DNA of 64,000 nt. It comes from Deltaproteobacteria bacterium. GTDB lineage: Bacteria > Myxococcota_A > UBA9042. Made by a program: the position numbers and the translations under genes. The notes beneath the pieces are model-generated. The model made no database searches. It had not been told where the DNA came from and was given only the letters and a program-made list of their open reading frames with translations. Each line of letters opens with the position of its first letter. Within the stretch, counting starts at the first letter, position 1. Below, piece after piece: positions 10,701 through 17,991 of the stretch. Location of the stretch: positions 11,295-75,294 of the forward strand of contig VGRO01000005.1 in assembly GCA_016875335.1 (NCBI GenBank). Direction: 5' to 3'.

Positions 10701-13700
10701 GGCGCAGGTGTGCAGGCTGCCGCCGACCAGGCCGACCACGCCATCGAGACCGACGACCTGCACCGGCTTGTTGCGATTTTGGGTGGCGCCGTCACCGAGC
10801 TGCCCGGTGTCGCCGCGGCCCCAGCAGTACACCTTGCCCGATTGACCGACGGCGCACGCGTGCATCTGGCCGCCGCCGAGCGCAGTCGCCGCCTCTGACA
10901 GCGCGGCCTTGACCGGCAACAGCGACCCCTGGTTGGCGCCCTGCCCCAACTGACCTTGGCCACCTTGGCCGAAACAAAACACCTCGCCCTTGTCGGTCAG
11001 CGCACAGGTGAATTCGTCTCCGGCCCACAGCGCGGTGGCGCCTGTCACGTTGGCCACCTGCACCGGCATGGTGCGCAAGGTGTTGGTGCCGTCGCCCAGT
11101 TGTCCGGCGTTGTTGTAGCCCCAGCAGCGCACCGTGCCCTTGACGAGGGCGCACGCATGGTTGCCACCGGCGACCAGAGCCGTGGCCCAGCCACCCGCGC
11201 CGCAGCCGTTGGCGCCGCACACCTGGCCGTTGCCGCACGCCGTGCCGACGGGTACGGGCGCCGCCAAGCATGCCCCTACGCCGTCGGCGCACAGGCCCGT
11301 CGTACAACCGCCGTCCTTGCACGGCAGAGCTGTGCCTTGGCACTTGCCCGCCTTGCAGGTGTCGCCCGTCGTGCACTGCGACCCGTCGTGGCACCCGGCC
11401 CCGTCGCTGGTGCCAGCGCCGTCGGTTGAGACGTGTTTGCACTGCGTATCGCCCGGCAGCAGCCCGGGGACGCAGGTCGCAACCGTGCAGGCGAGCCCGT
11501 CGTCGGCACAGTCGGCAGCAGTCGCGCAGTCGGCTTGCAGCCCGTCTGGGGCGGCGTTGCTGTCTTCCACTTCCACCGGAACCGCCACGATGTTGTCGAC
11601 GAGGCCATTGCCCAGTTCCAGCGAGTTGTTGCGCCCTGCGCAGCGCACGGTGCCGTCGCCCAAGAGCGCGCAGGTGTGGCGCATGCCAGCGGCGAGGTCC
11701 ACGATCTCACTGCCCAGCAGGGCGGGTGCGGGCTTGCTCTGGTCGGTGGTCCCGCCGTTGGCGAGTTGGCCGTGTGCGTTGTAGCCGGCGCACCAGGCGC
11801 TGCCCGCGCCTCGCCAGCAGACGTGCTCGCGGCCGACGGCGATGCGGTCGGCGGTGGCGAGGCCAGCGGGAACGACGGGAACCTTGCTGTCCAGCTTGTC
11901 GCCTTTGCCGAGCTGGCCAAAGCCGTTCCAGCCAAAGCACACCGGCGGCGCGTCCTTGCGGGTGGCGCAGGTGGTGTAGTAGCCGACGGCGAGGCTGGTC
12001 GCCCCCTGCAGGCCCGGCACCTCGACCGGCACGTTGGTCTGGTTCATCGCCGGCACGCCGATTTCGCCAAACGACGCCGTGCCCCAGCAGCTGAGCCGCC
12101 CGTTGCCGCGCAGGGCGCAGGTGTGGTTCTCGCCAGCGGCAATGGCGACCGCATCGGTCAAGCCGACCACCGGCGCGGGCACGTTGTGGCCGTTGGTGGT
12201 GCCGTCGCCCAGTTGCCCCGTGTTGTTGGATCCCCAGCACTGCGCGGTGCCGTCCTTGACCACCGCGCAGGCGTGGCGCTGGCCGACCGCGATGGCGGTG
12301 GCGTTGGTCAGGCCCTTGACGGCCGCCGGCTTGGTCTGGTCGGTGTCCGCGCCGTTGCCGATGGCCCCGTAGCCGCCGCGGCCCCAGCACACGACCTCGC
12401 CGGCGTTCTTGCGCAGGGCGCAATTGGTGTTCTGGCCGGCGGCGATCGCCGTGGCGTCGTTCAAGCCTGCGACAGGCACGGCAAACATGCGTTGCAGCTT
12501 GTCGCCCACGCCCAGCTCGCCGAATTGGTTGCTGCCCCAACACGCGACCTGCCCACCGGCCAGCAGGGCGCAGCTGTGACTCTCGCCCGCCGTCAGGCGC
12601 TCGGCCCAGCGCAACCGCTTGTCGGCGCAGGTGCCGTACGAGCACACCTTGCCCTGGCCACAGGCCGCGGATCCAGCCACTGGCGCCAATCCGCACCGCC
12701 CCGACTGCGCAGCGCACAAGTCGGTGGTGCAGACATTGCCGTCGCCGCACAGCTTGGCGGTACCGGCGCACACGCCCTTGGCACAGGTGTCGAAAAGGGT
12801 GCACAGGCTGCCGTCGTCGCACGCGCTGCCGTCGCTGGCCGCTTGGACCCCGCACTTGCCGCCGACGCACGCCGCCTGCTGGCATGGGTCGCCGCTGGCG
12901 CATTGGGCATCGCTGGTGCAGTTGCCGCCGACATTGCCGAGCAGGCTGCCCTTGACCGCCACCGGTTTGTTGTGGTCGGTGTTGGCGCCGTTGCCGAGCT
13001 GACCCTGGTTGCCGCTTCCCCAACAGGCGACCTGGCCGTTGGCGAGCATGGCGCAGGAGTGGTTGTCGCCCCCGGCCACAGCGACCGCCTTGGAACCCAG
13101 GGCAACGACCAAGGTCGGCAGGTTGCGGCTGGTGACCGTGCCGTCGCCGAGCTGACCTTGCCCGTTGAAGCCGAAGCACGCGACACCGCCGCTGGTCAAC
13201 ACGGCGCAGGTGTGAAATTGGCCGCCCGACGCGACCAACACCGGCAAGGCGCCCGGCATGGCCAACAGCGGCGTCGGCGTCTTGGCGTTGGCGTTGGCGC
13301 CGTGGCCCAGTTGGCCAAGGTTGCCGTGGCCAAAGCAGCGCATTCGGCCAAAGCGGTCGATGGCGCACGCGTGCTGCCGGCCGGCGCCCAATCCGGCGGT
13401 CGCGGGTGCGTTGACGACCCGCAGGGGCGGCGCCGTGTTGGGCGACCAGGGCGAGCCGAGGCCCTGGACGTTGGTGCCCCAACAGCGGGCGTAGCCATCG
13501 GTGCGCAGCGAACAGGCGAACGTGCCACCGGCAACGACGGCGAGGGCCGGCCCGGCTTCAGCGATGACCACCGGCTTGCCGTTGAATGGCACGGCCGGAA
13601 CGCCCAGCTCGCCGCTGCTGCCCTGGCCCCAACACCACACCGACCCGTCGTTGCGCAGCGCACACGAAAAGTGGTTGCCGCACGCGACGGTGACCGCGCC

Positions 13701-15299
13701 GTCCACACCGCCGACGAGGACTGGCTTGCCGCTGGCGTTGGTGCTGCCGTCGCCCAACTGGCCGACGTGGTTGGCGCCCCAGCACGCGACCTTGCCGCCG
13801 ACGAGCACTGCACAACTGTGGCGGTCGCCAGCGCCGACGTCCACGGGTTCGCCGGGCAGCGCAACATCGACCGGCACATTGCTGTTTTGGGTTCCGCCGT
13901 TGCCCAGTTGGCCGAACTGGCCACTGCCCCAGCACCGCAGCTTGCCATTGGCGACCGCGCAGGTATGGAACTGGCCCGCGGCGATGCGCAGGGGCTTGCT
14001 GACCATCGGTTTGCACTGGCCGACACTGCACGCTTGGCCGGGACCGCAAGGGGTCGCGTCGGCGACCGGTGTCAGTTGGCATTGGCCGTTGACGCAACTG
14101 TCGGCCGTGCACGGGTTCTGGTCGTCGCACGGCGCGGCGCAGACCGGCGGGTTGGTGTCGGGGGTCGCGTCGGGCGCTGCGTCTCCTGCGCTGTCTTGCC
14201 CGGCGTCTTGGGTGGTTTCCACGGCGGTGTCGGTCACGGTTTCGGCCTGCGTGTCCTGCACGGCATCGACGGTCGCGTCCTGCACCGTTTCGGCGGCGGT
14301 GTCCTGGGCGGTATCGGCTGCGGTGTCGAGGCCAGTGTCGATGGCCGCGTCGGCGGCGGTGTCGGGCGCTGTCTCCGCGGCCGTGTCGGGCACGGTTTCA
14401 GCACCGGTTTCTGCCACTGTCTCGGAGGCCATGTCCTGGACCGTGTCGGTGACAACGTCGGCCGCCATGTCCTGGACGGCGTCGCTGCTGTCGCCGGCCA
14501 TCGCGTCCGCGGTCGTATCGGCCACCGCGTCGGCGGTTGTGTCCATGGCGGTGTCGGCCAAGGGCACGTCGGTGCTCACCTCGGCGACGGTTTCGGCAAC
14601 TGTGTCGAGCCCGGCATCGGCCGTCGTGTCCGCGCCGCCGTCGGTATCTGGGCCGGGGGCGGCGGTGTCGTCCCCGTCGGCGCTGCCGGGGTCGGCAGCG
14701 ATGTCGGCCGCCGTTTGGTCTGGGTCGGCCACGTTGGCATCGCTGGCATCGTCGGCGTCGCCCGCGCCGCCGGGGTCGGCGGGGCTCGGGTCGGCCACTG
14801 CGACCTCGGTATCGGCCAGGTCAGGCAGTTCGGGCAAGGGACCGAGTTCGGTCACTGTGGGCGCGTCGCTGCCGTCGCCTGTGTCGCTGTCGTCGCCGGT
14901 ATCGCTGTCGTCGCCGGAATCGCTGAGGCCGCCGTCCTCAGGGGAGACGCCATCTCCTGTCGCGTCCGCGGCCTCGCCGTCCGCGCTGTCGTCGGCGTCG
15001 CCGTCCGCGGCTGCACTGTCGAGTTCTTCGGTGGCTGAGCCGTCGCCGACGTCGGCGTCTCCCGCTGCGAGGTCGAGATCCGCGACTTCTGGAACCGCGC
15101 CGTCAACGCCCAACTCGGCTGCGGCGACATCGGAACCACCAGCGTCTGCCAGCGACAGGCCATCGACCTTGCCGTCCTGCCCGGCCGCATCGCTGCCTGC
15201 TGCACCCGAAATCTGCAAGCGGTCGTCGTCGCAGGCCCAGAGCGCCGCGAGGATGCCGAGAACTGCCACCCGACGCCGCCAGTTGACCGATCCGCGCAT
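7062..15299 (-). CDS. Giant lipoprotein (2745 aa): acidic low-complexity N-terminal region, multiple RCC1-repeat β-propellers separated by Cys-rich modules
   Basis: ATG at 15299 gives MRGSVNWRRRVAVLGILAALWAC (lipobox). This is followed by ~300 aa of D/A/T/G-rich repeats. Behind that are many RCC1-type blades (H[ST]CA...G.V.CWG.N..GQLG.G) grouped into about 5-6 propellers. The propellers are separated by CDDGNPCT / C..G.C Cys-rich modules, and the C-terminal Cys-rich tail ends at the stop at 7062. Confidence 0.75.
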   Translation of the reverse strand: MRGSVNWRRRVAVLGILAALWACDDDRLQISGAAGSDAAGQDGKVDGLSLADAGGSDVAAAELGVDGAVPEVADLDLAAGDADVGDGSATEELDSAAADGDADDSADGEAADATGDGVSPEDGGLSDSGDDSDTGDDSDTGDGSDAPTVTELGPLPELPDLADTEVAVADPSPADPGGAGDADDASDANVADPDQTAADIAADPGSADGDDTAAPGPDTDGGADTTADAGLDTVAETVAEVSTDVPLADTAMDTTADAVADTTADAMAGDSSDAVQDMAADVVTDTVQDMASETVAETGAETVPDTAAETAPDTAADAAIDTGLDTAADTAQDTAAETVQDATVDAVQDTQAETVTDTAVETTQDAGQDSAGDAAPDATPDTNPPVCAAPCDDQNPCTADSCVNGQCQLTPVADATPCGPGQACSVGQCKPMVSKPLRIAAGQFHTCAVANGKLRCWGSGQFGQLGNGGTQNSNVPVDVALPGEPVDVGAGDRHSCAVLVGGKVACWGANHVGQLGDGSTNASGKPVLVGGVDGAVTVACGNHFSCALRNDGSVWCWGQGSSGELGVPAVPFNGKPVVIAEAGPALAVVAGGTFACSLRTDGYARCWGTNVQGLGSPWSPNTAPPLRVVNAPATAGLGAGRQHACAIDRFGRMRCFGHGNLGQLGHGANANAKTPTPLLAMPGALPVLVASGGQFHTCAVLTSGGVACFGFNGQGQLGDGTVTSRNLPTLVVALGSKAVAVAGGDNHSCAMLANGQVACWGSGNQGQLGNGANTDHNKPVAVKGSLLGNVGGNCTSDAQCASGDPCQQAACVGGKCGVQAASDGSACDDGSLCTLFDTCAKGVCAGTAKLCGDGNVCTTDLCAAQSGRCGLAPVAGSAACGQGKVCSYGTCADKRLRWAERLTAGESHSCALLAGGQVACWGSNQFGELGVGDKLQRMFAVPVAGLNDATAIAAGQNTNCALRKNAGEVVCWGRGGYGAIGNGADTDQTKPAAVKGLTNATAIAVGQRHACAVVKDGTAQCWGSNNTGQLGDGTTNGHNVPAPVVGLTDAVAIAAGENHTCALRGNGRLSCWGTASFGEIGVPAMNQTNVPVEVPGLQGATSLAVGYYTTCATRKDAPPVCFGWNGFGQLGKGDKLDSKVPVVPAGLATADRIAVGREHVCWRGAGSAWCAGYNAHGQLANGGTTDQSKPAPALLGSEIVDLAAGMRHTCALLGDGTVRCAGRNNSLELGNGLVDNIVAVPVEVEDSNAAPDGLQADCATAADCADDGLACTVATCVPGLLPGDTQCKHVSTDGAGTSDGAGCHDGSQCTTGDTCKAGKCQGTALPCKDGGCTTGLCADGVGACLAAPVPVGTACGNGQVCGANGCGAGGWATALVAGGNHACALVKGTVRCWGYNNAGQLGDGTNTLRTMPVQVANVTGATALWAGDEFTCALTDKGEVFCFGQGGQGQLGQGANQGSLLPVKAALSEAATALGGGQMHACAVGQSGKVYCWGRGDTGQLGDGATQNRNKPVQVVGLDGVVGLVGGSLHTCANRADGTVRCWGNNNSFRLGRVSPAQATVPVVVPNLDQVGQLSAGDQHACVLRLGKVYCWGGGGYGQLGDGKTLERPGALAVSGTNTWRSVDSGELHQCAIDAAGKAWCWGLGNQGQLGNGAKANATTPQAVKTAARFVHLAASKLFTCGLDTTGRVLCWGENNVGQLGLGNQGGALDTPTVAVMGSDPLPALTGPCTTAGDCGDDGNDCTVPQCDKGICSHPNAAAGAPCSDGDACTGGDACNAGTCIGKAKACDDGSPCTADFCAAPKGQCLAGVLPGGGSCGAGKACESGQCVAKVAGWAATVKTGDTHTCALLTGGQVVCWGANGSGQLGTGDNSGRPEPVLVANVTGAVQIALGHSHSCALDDKGAVRCWGANGFGQLGNGTNQQSALPVQVAFSGKAIAIAAGGNSTCAIAEDKTAWCWGVGDNGQLGDGTTQNRTKPVAIPGYGSTAEIALGPDHGCAIGTDGYLRCTGLNSNGALGFEGLPQLLTPRIVGGLLRLGSLGLGSQLTCARKADGTATCFGQGGHGQLGDNKKVSSPSPVAVAKLTGVVEVAAGTLSACARLTDGTVACWGYGATGALGNGGTASQGEPVAVPKLAGVRDLSTSGNHTCAVRQDGSVWCWGSGNNGQLGNGLSTASQTPVVVPLSLPVQPLGGGSACATAADCSDDGNPCTVATCVNGQCTHGAANDSVGCDDGDPCTVSDACANGVCAAKPANCDDGNACTADVCASGTGLCIPAPLPGGGACAGAKVCLDGLCTASAFGFAGTVAAGEGHSVAALRNGQARAWGGNSEGELGNGNKTEFFTMQTVGSATDVWRVAAGDHLSGALVLGKPASLGMWGRGADGAIGNGKNADALALTPTDGPPSPAVLSALGRHVCALDSAGKAWCWGTNSSGQLGDGSTSQRNKPTAVVGLAGPVHDISAGVNHTCAALFDGTVQCWGQNNLGQVGKPTGGSFKTPQSVSGVNKAVAVGAGADSSCALRSDGAVQCWGDGGKGQLGNGKTALSVAPVNVVQLTPAAQLSVGAVHACTLDAAGTARCWGYNATGALGDESTSSATVPVAVKGLGRAIAISAGHSHSCAVRGDGAIFCWGMGLHGRLGTGLQSQATRPAWVLGSDPAPFGGDTCKVAADCADDGNPCTAAGCDNGACKHAAVGDGAACDPGSACVVSGVCKAGSCAGIAKDCDDVDKCTADACQPRTGVCLHAALPACP

Positions 15300-15548
15300 G
15301 GCCAGGGCCCTCCAGAAGCGGGCAGTCTAGCCGCGGCGCCCGGGGAGGGCAACGGCAAAAAAGGCAGGGATTCACGGCGGGTTGTCAGGCCGGAGGTTCT
15401 CGCCGCGTTCCCCTTCGCGACGCATTCTCCTGCCAATGCAGCCTGCGCGTCTCGGCGCCAGATGCACAGTTCAATGCTCCGTACCCGTGCCTGTCCGCGC
15501 GCGCGACCCGTGCCCGACCAACAACCCCGTCGGGCCGCCCTGCGGGCG

Positions 15549-16595
15549 TCAACGCCGGCCCTCACCCGCCATGTAGTCGGTCGCGCGAAAGCGGCCGATG
15601 ACATCCAGCGCAGGCACGAACACCTCGTCGCGCTCTGGATACAGCACGATGTCGTGGGCAAAGTCGGTGCCGACGACCAAAAGCAGCGCATCGTCGGCGC
15701 TCTCGTTGACCAGGTGGTGGGCGCGCAGGTCGCCAGGCGCCCAGTGCAAGGCGTCGCCAGGCTGCAGGACAGTGCGCTCTGGCTCGCCGCCGAACACAGC
15801 CGCCCGATTCTTGCGCTCGCCCTGCCATTGCCGCAGCGTCGGCCGCCCGGCGACGACCAGAACGATCTCCTCGTCGGCCAAGTGCGCGTGGATGTCGGCG
15901 GTGCGGGCGCCTGGCGGCAGCCGGTCGAGGTTGACGAACACCGACGTCGCCCCGGCAAACCGCGACAGCGCGCGGCCGAAGCCTCCGTGGCGGCCGAGGG
16001 ATTTTTCGGCCGGCTGGTCCCTGCGCACGACATGGCCGGGTCGGTCCACGTCCGACAGCCGCAGCGCAGGATGGGGCATTTGCGCCAACGCCGCAGCATA
16101 GTGGGCGTCCAACGGCAACTCTGACTGGCCGCGCGCGGTCATCACACCGACGCCCGCGCCGCGCAACAACACCTTGCCACTTTCAGGATAGTGCGCGATT
16201 TCCTGGGCGTGGCGGCCCGACGCCACCACGTACCTGGCCGGACGGTCCCCCGTGTTGCTGGTCTGGTGCGCCGGCCCCGTACCGGGCAACCAGGTGACGA
16301 GCTCGCCAGCGTGCAGCGAAAACGTCCTGTGGACGCCGCCGTGCCATTCGCGGATGGTCAGCGTGCCGTCCAGCACGTACAGATGCTCTTCCTCGTACTG
16401 GTGGCGGTGCAGCGGGCAAATGGCGTAGCCCGGCGGCAGTTCCTCCAGCGTCCACCCCAAGTGGCGGAGCGACCACAGGTCGAAGGCGACGCGGCGGCAG
16501 CCGAACCCGTCGGCACCGAGCTCGTCGAGCCAACTGGCAGAGGCTGTGGACAGCAACTGGGCAGGGCCGGGCACGGTGGGCTCGCGGTGCGGCAT
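15549..16595 (-). CDS. Bicupin (two cupin_2 domains) protein
   Basis: ORF 15549..16595 contains two cupin motif pairs (HRHQYEEEHLYVLDGTLTI ... and HAHLADEEIVLVVAGRPTL ...). Coding-like composition. Confidence 0.65.
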   Translation of the reverse strand: MPHREPTVPGPAQLLSTASASWLDELGADGFGCRRVAFDLWSLRHLGWTLEELPPGYAICPLHRHQYEEEHLYVLDGTLTIREWHGGVHRTFSLHAGELVTWLPGTGPAHQTSNTGDRPARYVVASGRHAQEIAHYPESGKVLLRGAGVGVMTARGQSELPLDAHYAAALAQMPHPALRLSDVDRPGHVVRRDQPAEKSLGRHGGFGRALSRFAGATSVFVNLDRLPPGARTADIHAHLADEEIVLVVAGRPTLRQWQGERKNRAAVFGGEPERTVLQPGDALHWAPGDLRAHHLVNESADDALLLVVGTDFAHDIVLYPERDEVFVPALDVIGRFRATDYMAGEGRR

Positions 16596-16671
16596 GGCGC
16601 GCGGTCAGCATCGCGCCATTCGTCGGAGCTGGCAAGCCGCGCAGAGCCGGCAAGCGATGACGCCCCAGCGG

Positions 16672-17370
16672 TCAGGCCAGGATCGCCGCCGACTGCGCCG
16701 CGGCATCGTGCGAGACCGGCTTGCCATGCGCAGGCAAGACGACCGAAGGCGGCTGCGCGGCGAGCCTTGCGCGTACGTCGGCCTTCCACGCCACCTTGTC
16801 CTTGAGGTACACCAGCGCGGGCAGCGGGTTGAAGCGATAGCCCGGGCCCCCGCCGAAAAGCCGCATCACCAGGAGCGGCAAGAAGGCCACGTCGCTCGCC
16901 ACGGTGTTCGAGATCAGGTCACCGACGAACCACAGGTGGGCGTCGTCGGCAGTGCGCACGCGAACCACCAGGTCGGGCGCCTTCTGGCCGGCGGGCTCGA
17001 CCAGCGCGATGCGGTCGCCTGCCTTTGCCGCGAGGGCGCCGATGCCCTGGTACGCAATGCCCGGCGACTGCTTGGCCAAACGGGCCCAGGCCCCCTCGGG
17101 TGCGTAGCTGACCGCAGCAGGGAAGCGCTTGCGCCACGCCGCCTGGCCGAGGTGGTGGTAAGCGTTGGGGGCGACCAGCGCCGAGACGCCACCCTGCCCC
17201 GCCAGATGTTCGAGAACGCTGTCGGGGGCGCGGCAGGCCGGGCTGACGACCATCCATGATCCGTCGTCCAGGCGCGCGGCCATCGTGTTTGCGGTACCGA
17301 ATCCGAAGGAATACTTGAGGCCCAGCACGCTGCCGTCGGCGCACAAGGGTGTCCACTGGTGCAGTTCCAT
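16672..17370 (-). CDS. DUF4336-like (metallo-β-lactamase-fold) hypothetical protein
   Basis: Within ORF 16672..17586 the start was chosen at MELHQWTPL (17370). Motifs GLKYSFGFGTANTMAARLDDGSW...VAPNAYHHL resemble the DUF4336 family. The upstream part of the ORF is Pro/Arg-rich and probably non-coding. Confidence 0.45.
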   Translation of the reverse strand: MELHQWTPLCADGSVLGLKYSFGFGTANTMAARLDDGSWMVVSPACRAPDSVLEHLAGQGGVSALVAPNAYHHLGQAAWRKRFPAAVSYAPEGAWARLAKQSPGIAYQGIGALAAKAGDRIALVEPAGQKAPDLVVRVRTADDAHLWFVGDLISNTVASDVAFLPLLVMRLFGGGPGYRFNPLPALVYLKDKVAWKADVRARLAAQPPSVVLPAHGKPVSHDAAAQSAAILA

Positions 17371-17991
17371 GCGATCGCTCCCGCCCGGGGCGCTGGTCGT
17401 TGGGGGGACAAGCCAGCGCCTGGGGCGAGCATGAGGTCGCGCTCCGGGGGGTGTCAAGGGTGGGGCTTCACCAGGATCGGAACCATTGCCCGCCGACGTC
17501 CCAGGCCGTCCGGACTCCGTCATCGTGCGAAGCGGCTCGCCGCGAGCGCCTCTGGCCGGGCGTCCATGGAGGACTACCGGGCCCATCCAATTTACGGCCT
17601 ACCGTGGCGCCGACCGCCTGCTCAGACCGAAAAGCGGCGGCCATGCGCGGTTCTCCGGGTCCATGGACACCAAGGTGGCGTGCACCCTTCGGGAATGCAT
17701 CCAACTTGGCACTGGCAGTGATCGGGTCGCGGCAGCGCAGCGGTCACGGTCGTCAGCGGCGCTGGCGTGGTGGTCGCAGAATCGCAGTCGCAGCGACCGG
17801 GGCGGCGGGGGAACGAATTGCGGGTGGGGACGGTCATGGCCGGCCGGGCAAAGTCGCGTGCCCTGGGCTGCGTATCGAGGGCCGCTTGACCTGAGCGCAC
17901 ACAACCGTCGGGGTCCTTGTTGGTGTTGGCAAGGGACCCAGTCGACGCGCGCACCATGGCGCTGAATGCAATGTGGGTTCTAGGACATGTG

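Noticed and set aside
9387-15038. Long plus-strand ORFs (9387..10898, 503 aa; 11433..15038, 1201 aa) antisense to the RCC1 giant
   Set aside because: The composition is Ala/Gly/Arg/Val-rich noise. The minus-strand frame shows perfect RCC1 blade periodicity.
15300-15548. Intergenic region 15300-15548 scanned for a tRNA, rRNA or small mobile-element remnant
   Set aside because: No cloverleaf-compatible inverted repeats, conserved T-loop sequence (GTTCRANYC) or transposase-like frames were found.
16672-17586. Full 304-aa ORF as the DUF4336-like gene
   Set aside because: The first ~72 codons are Pro/Arg/Gly-rich and precede a good internal Met (MELHQW). The extension probably reflects absence of stops in GC-rich DNA, so the shorter call was used.
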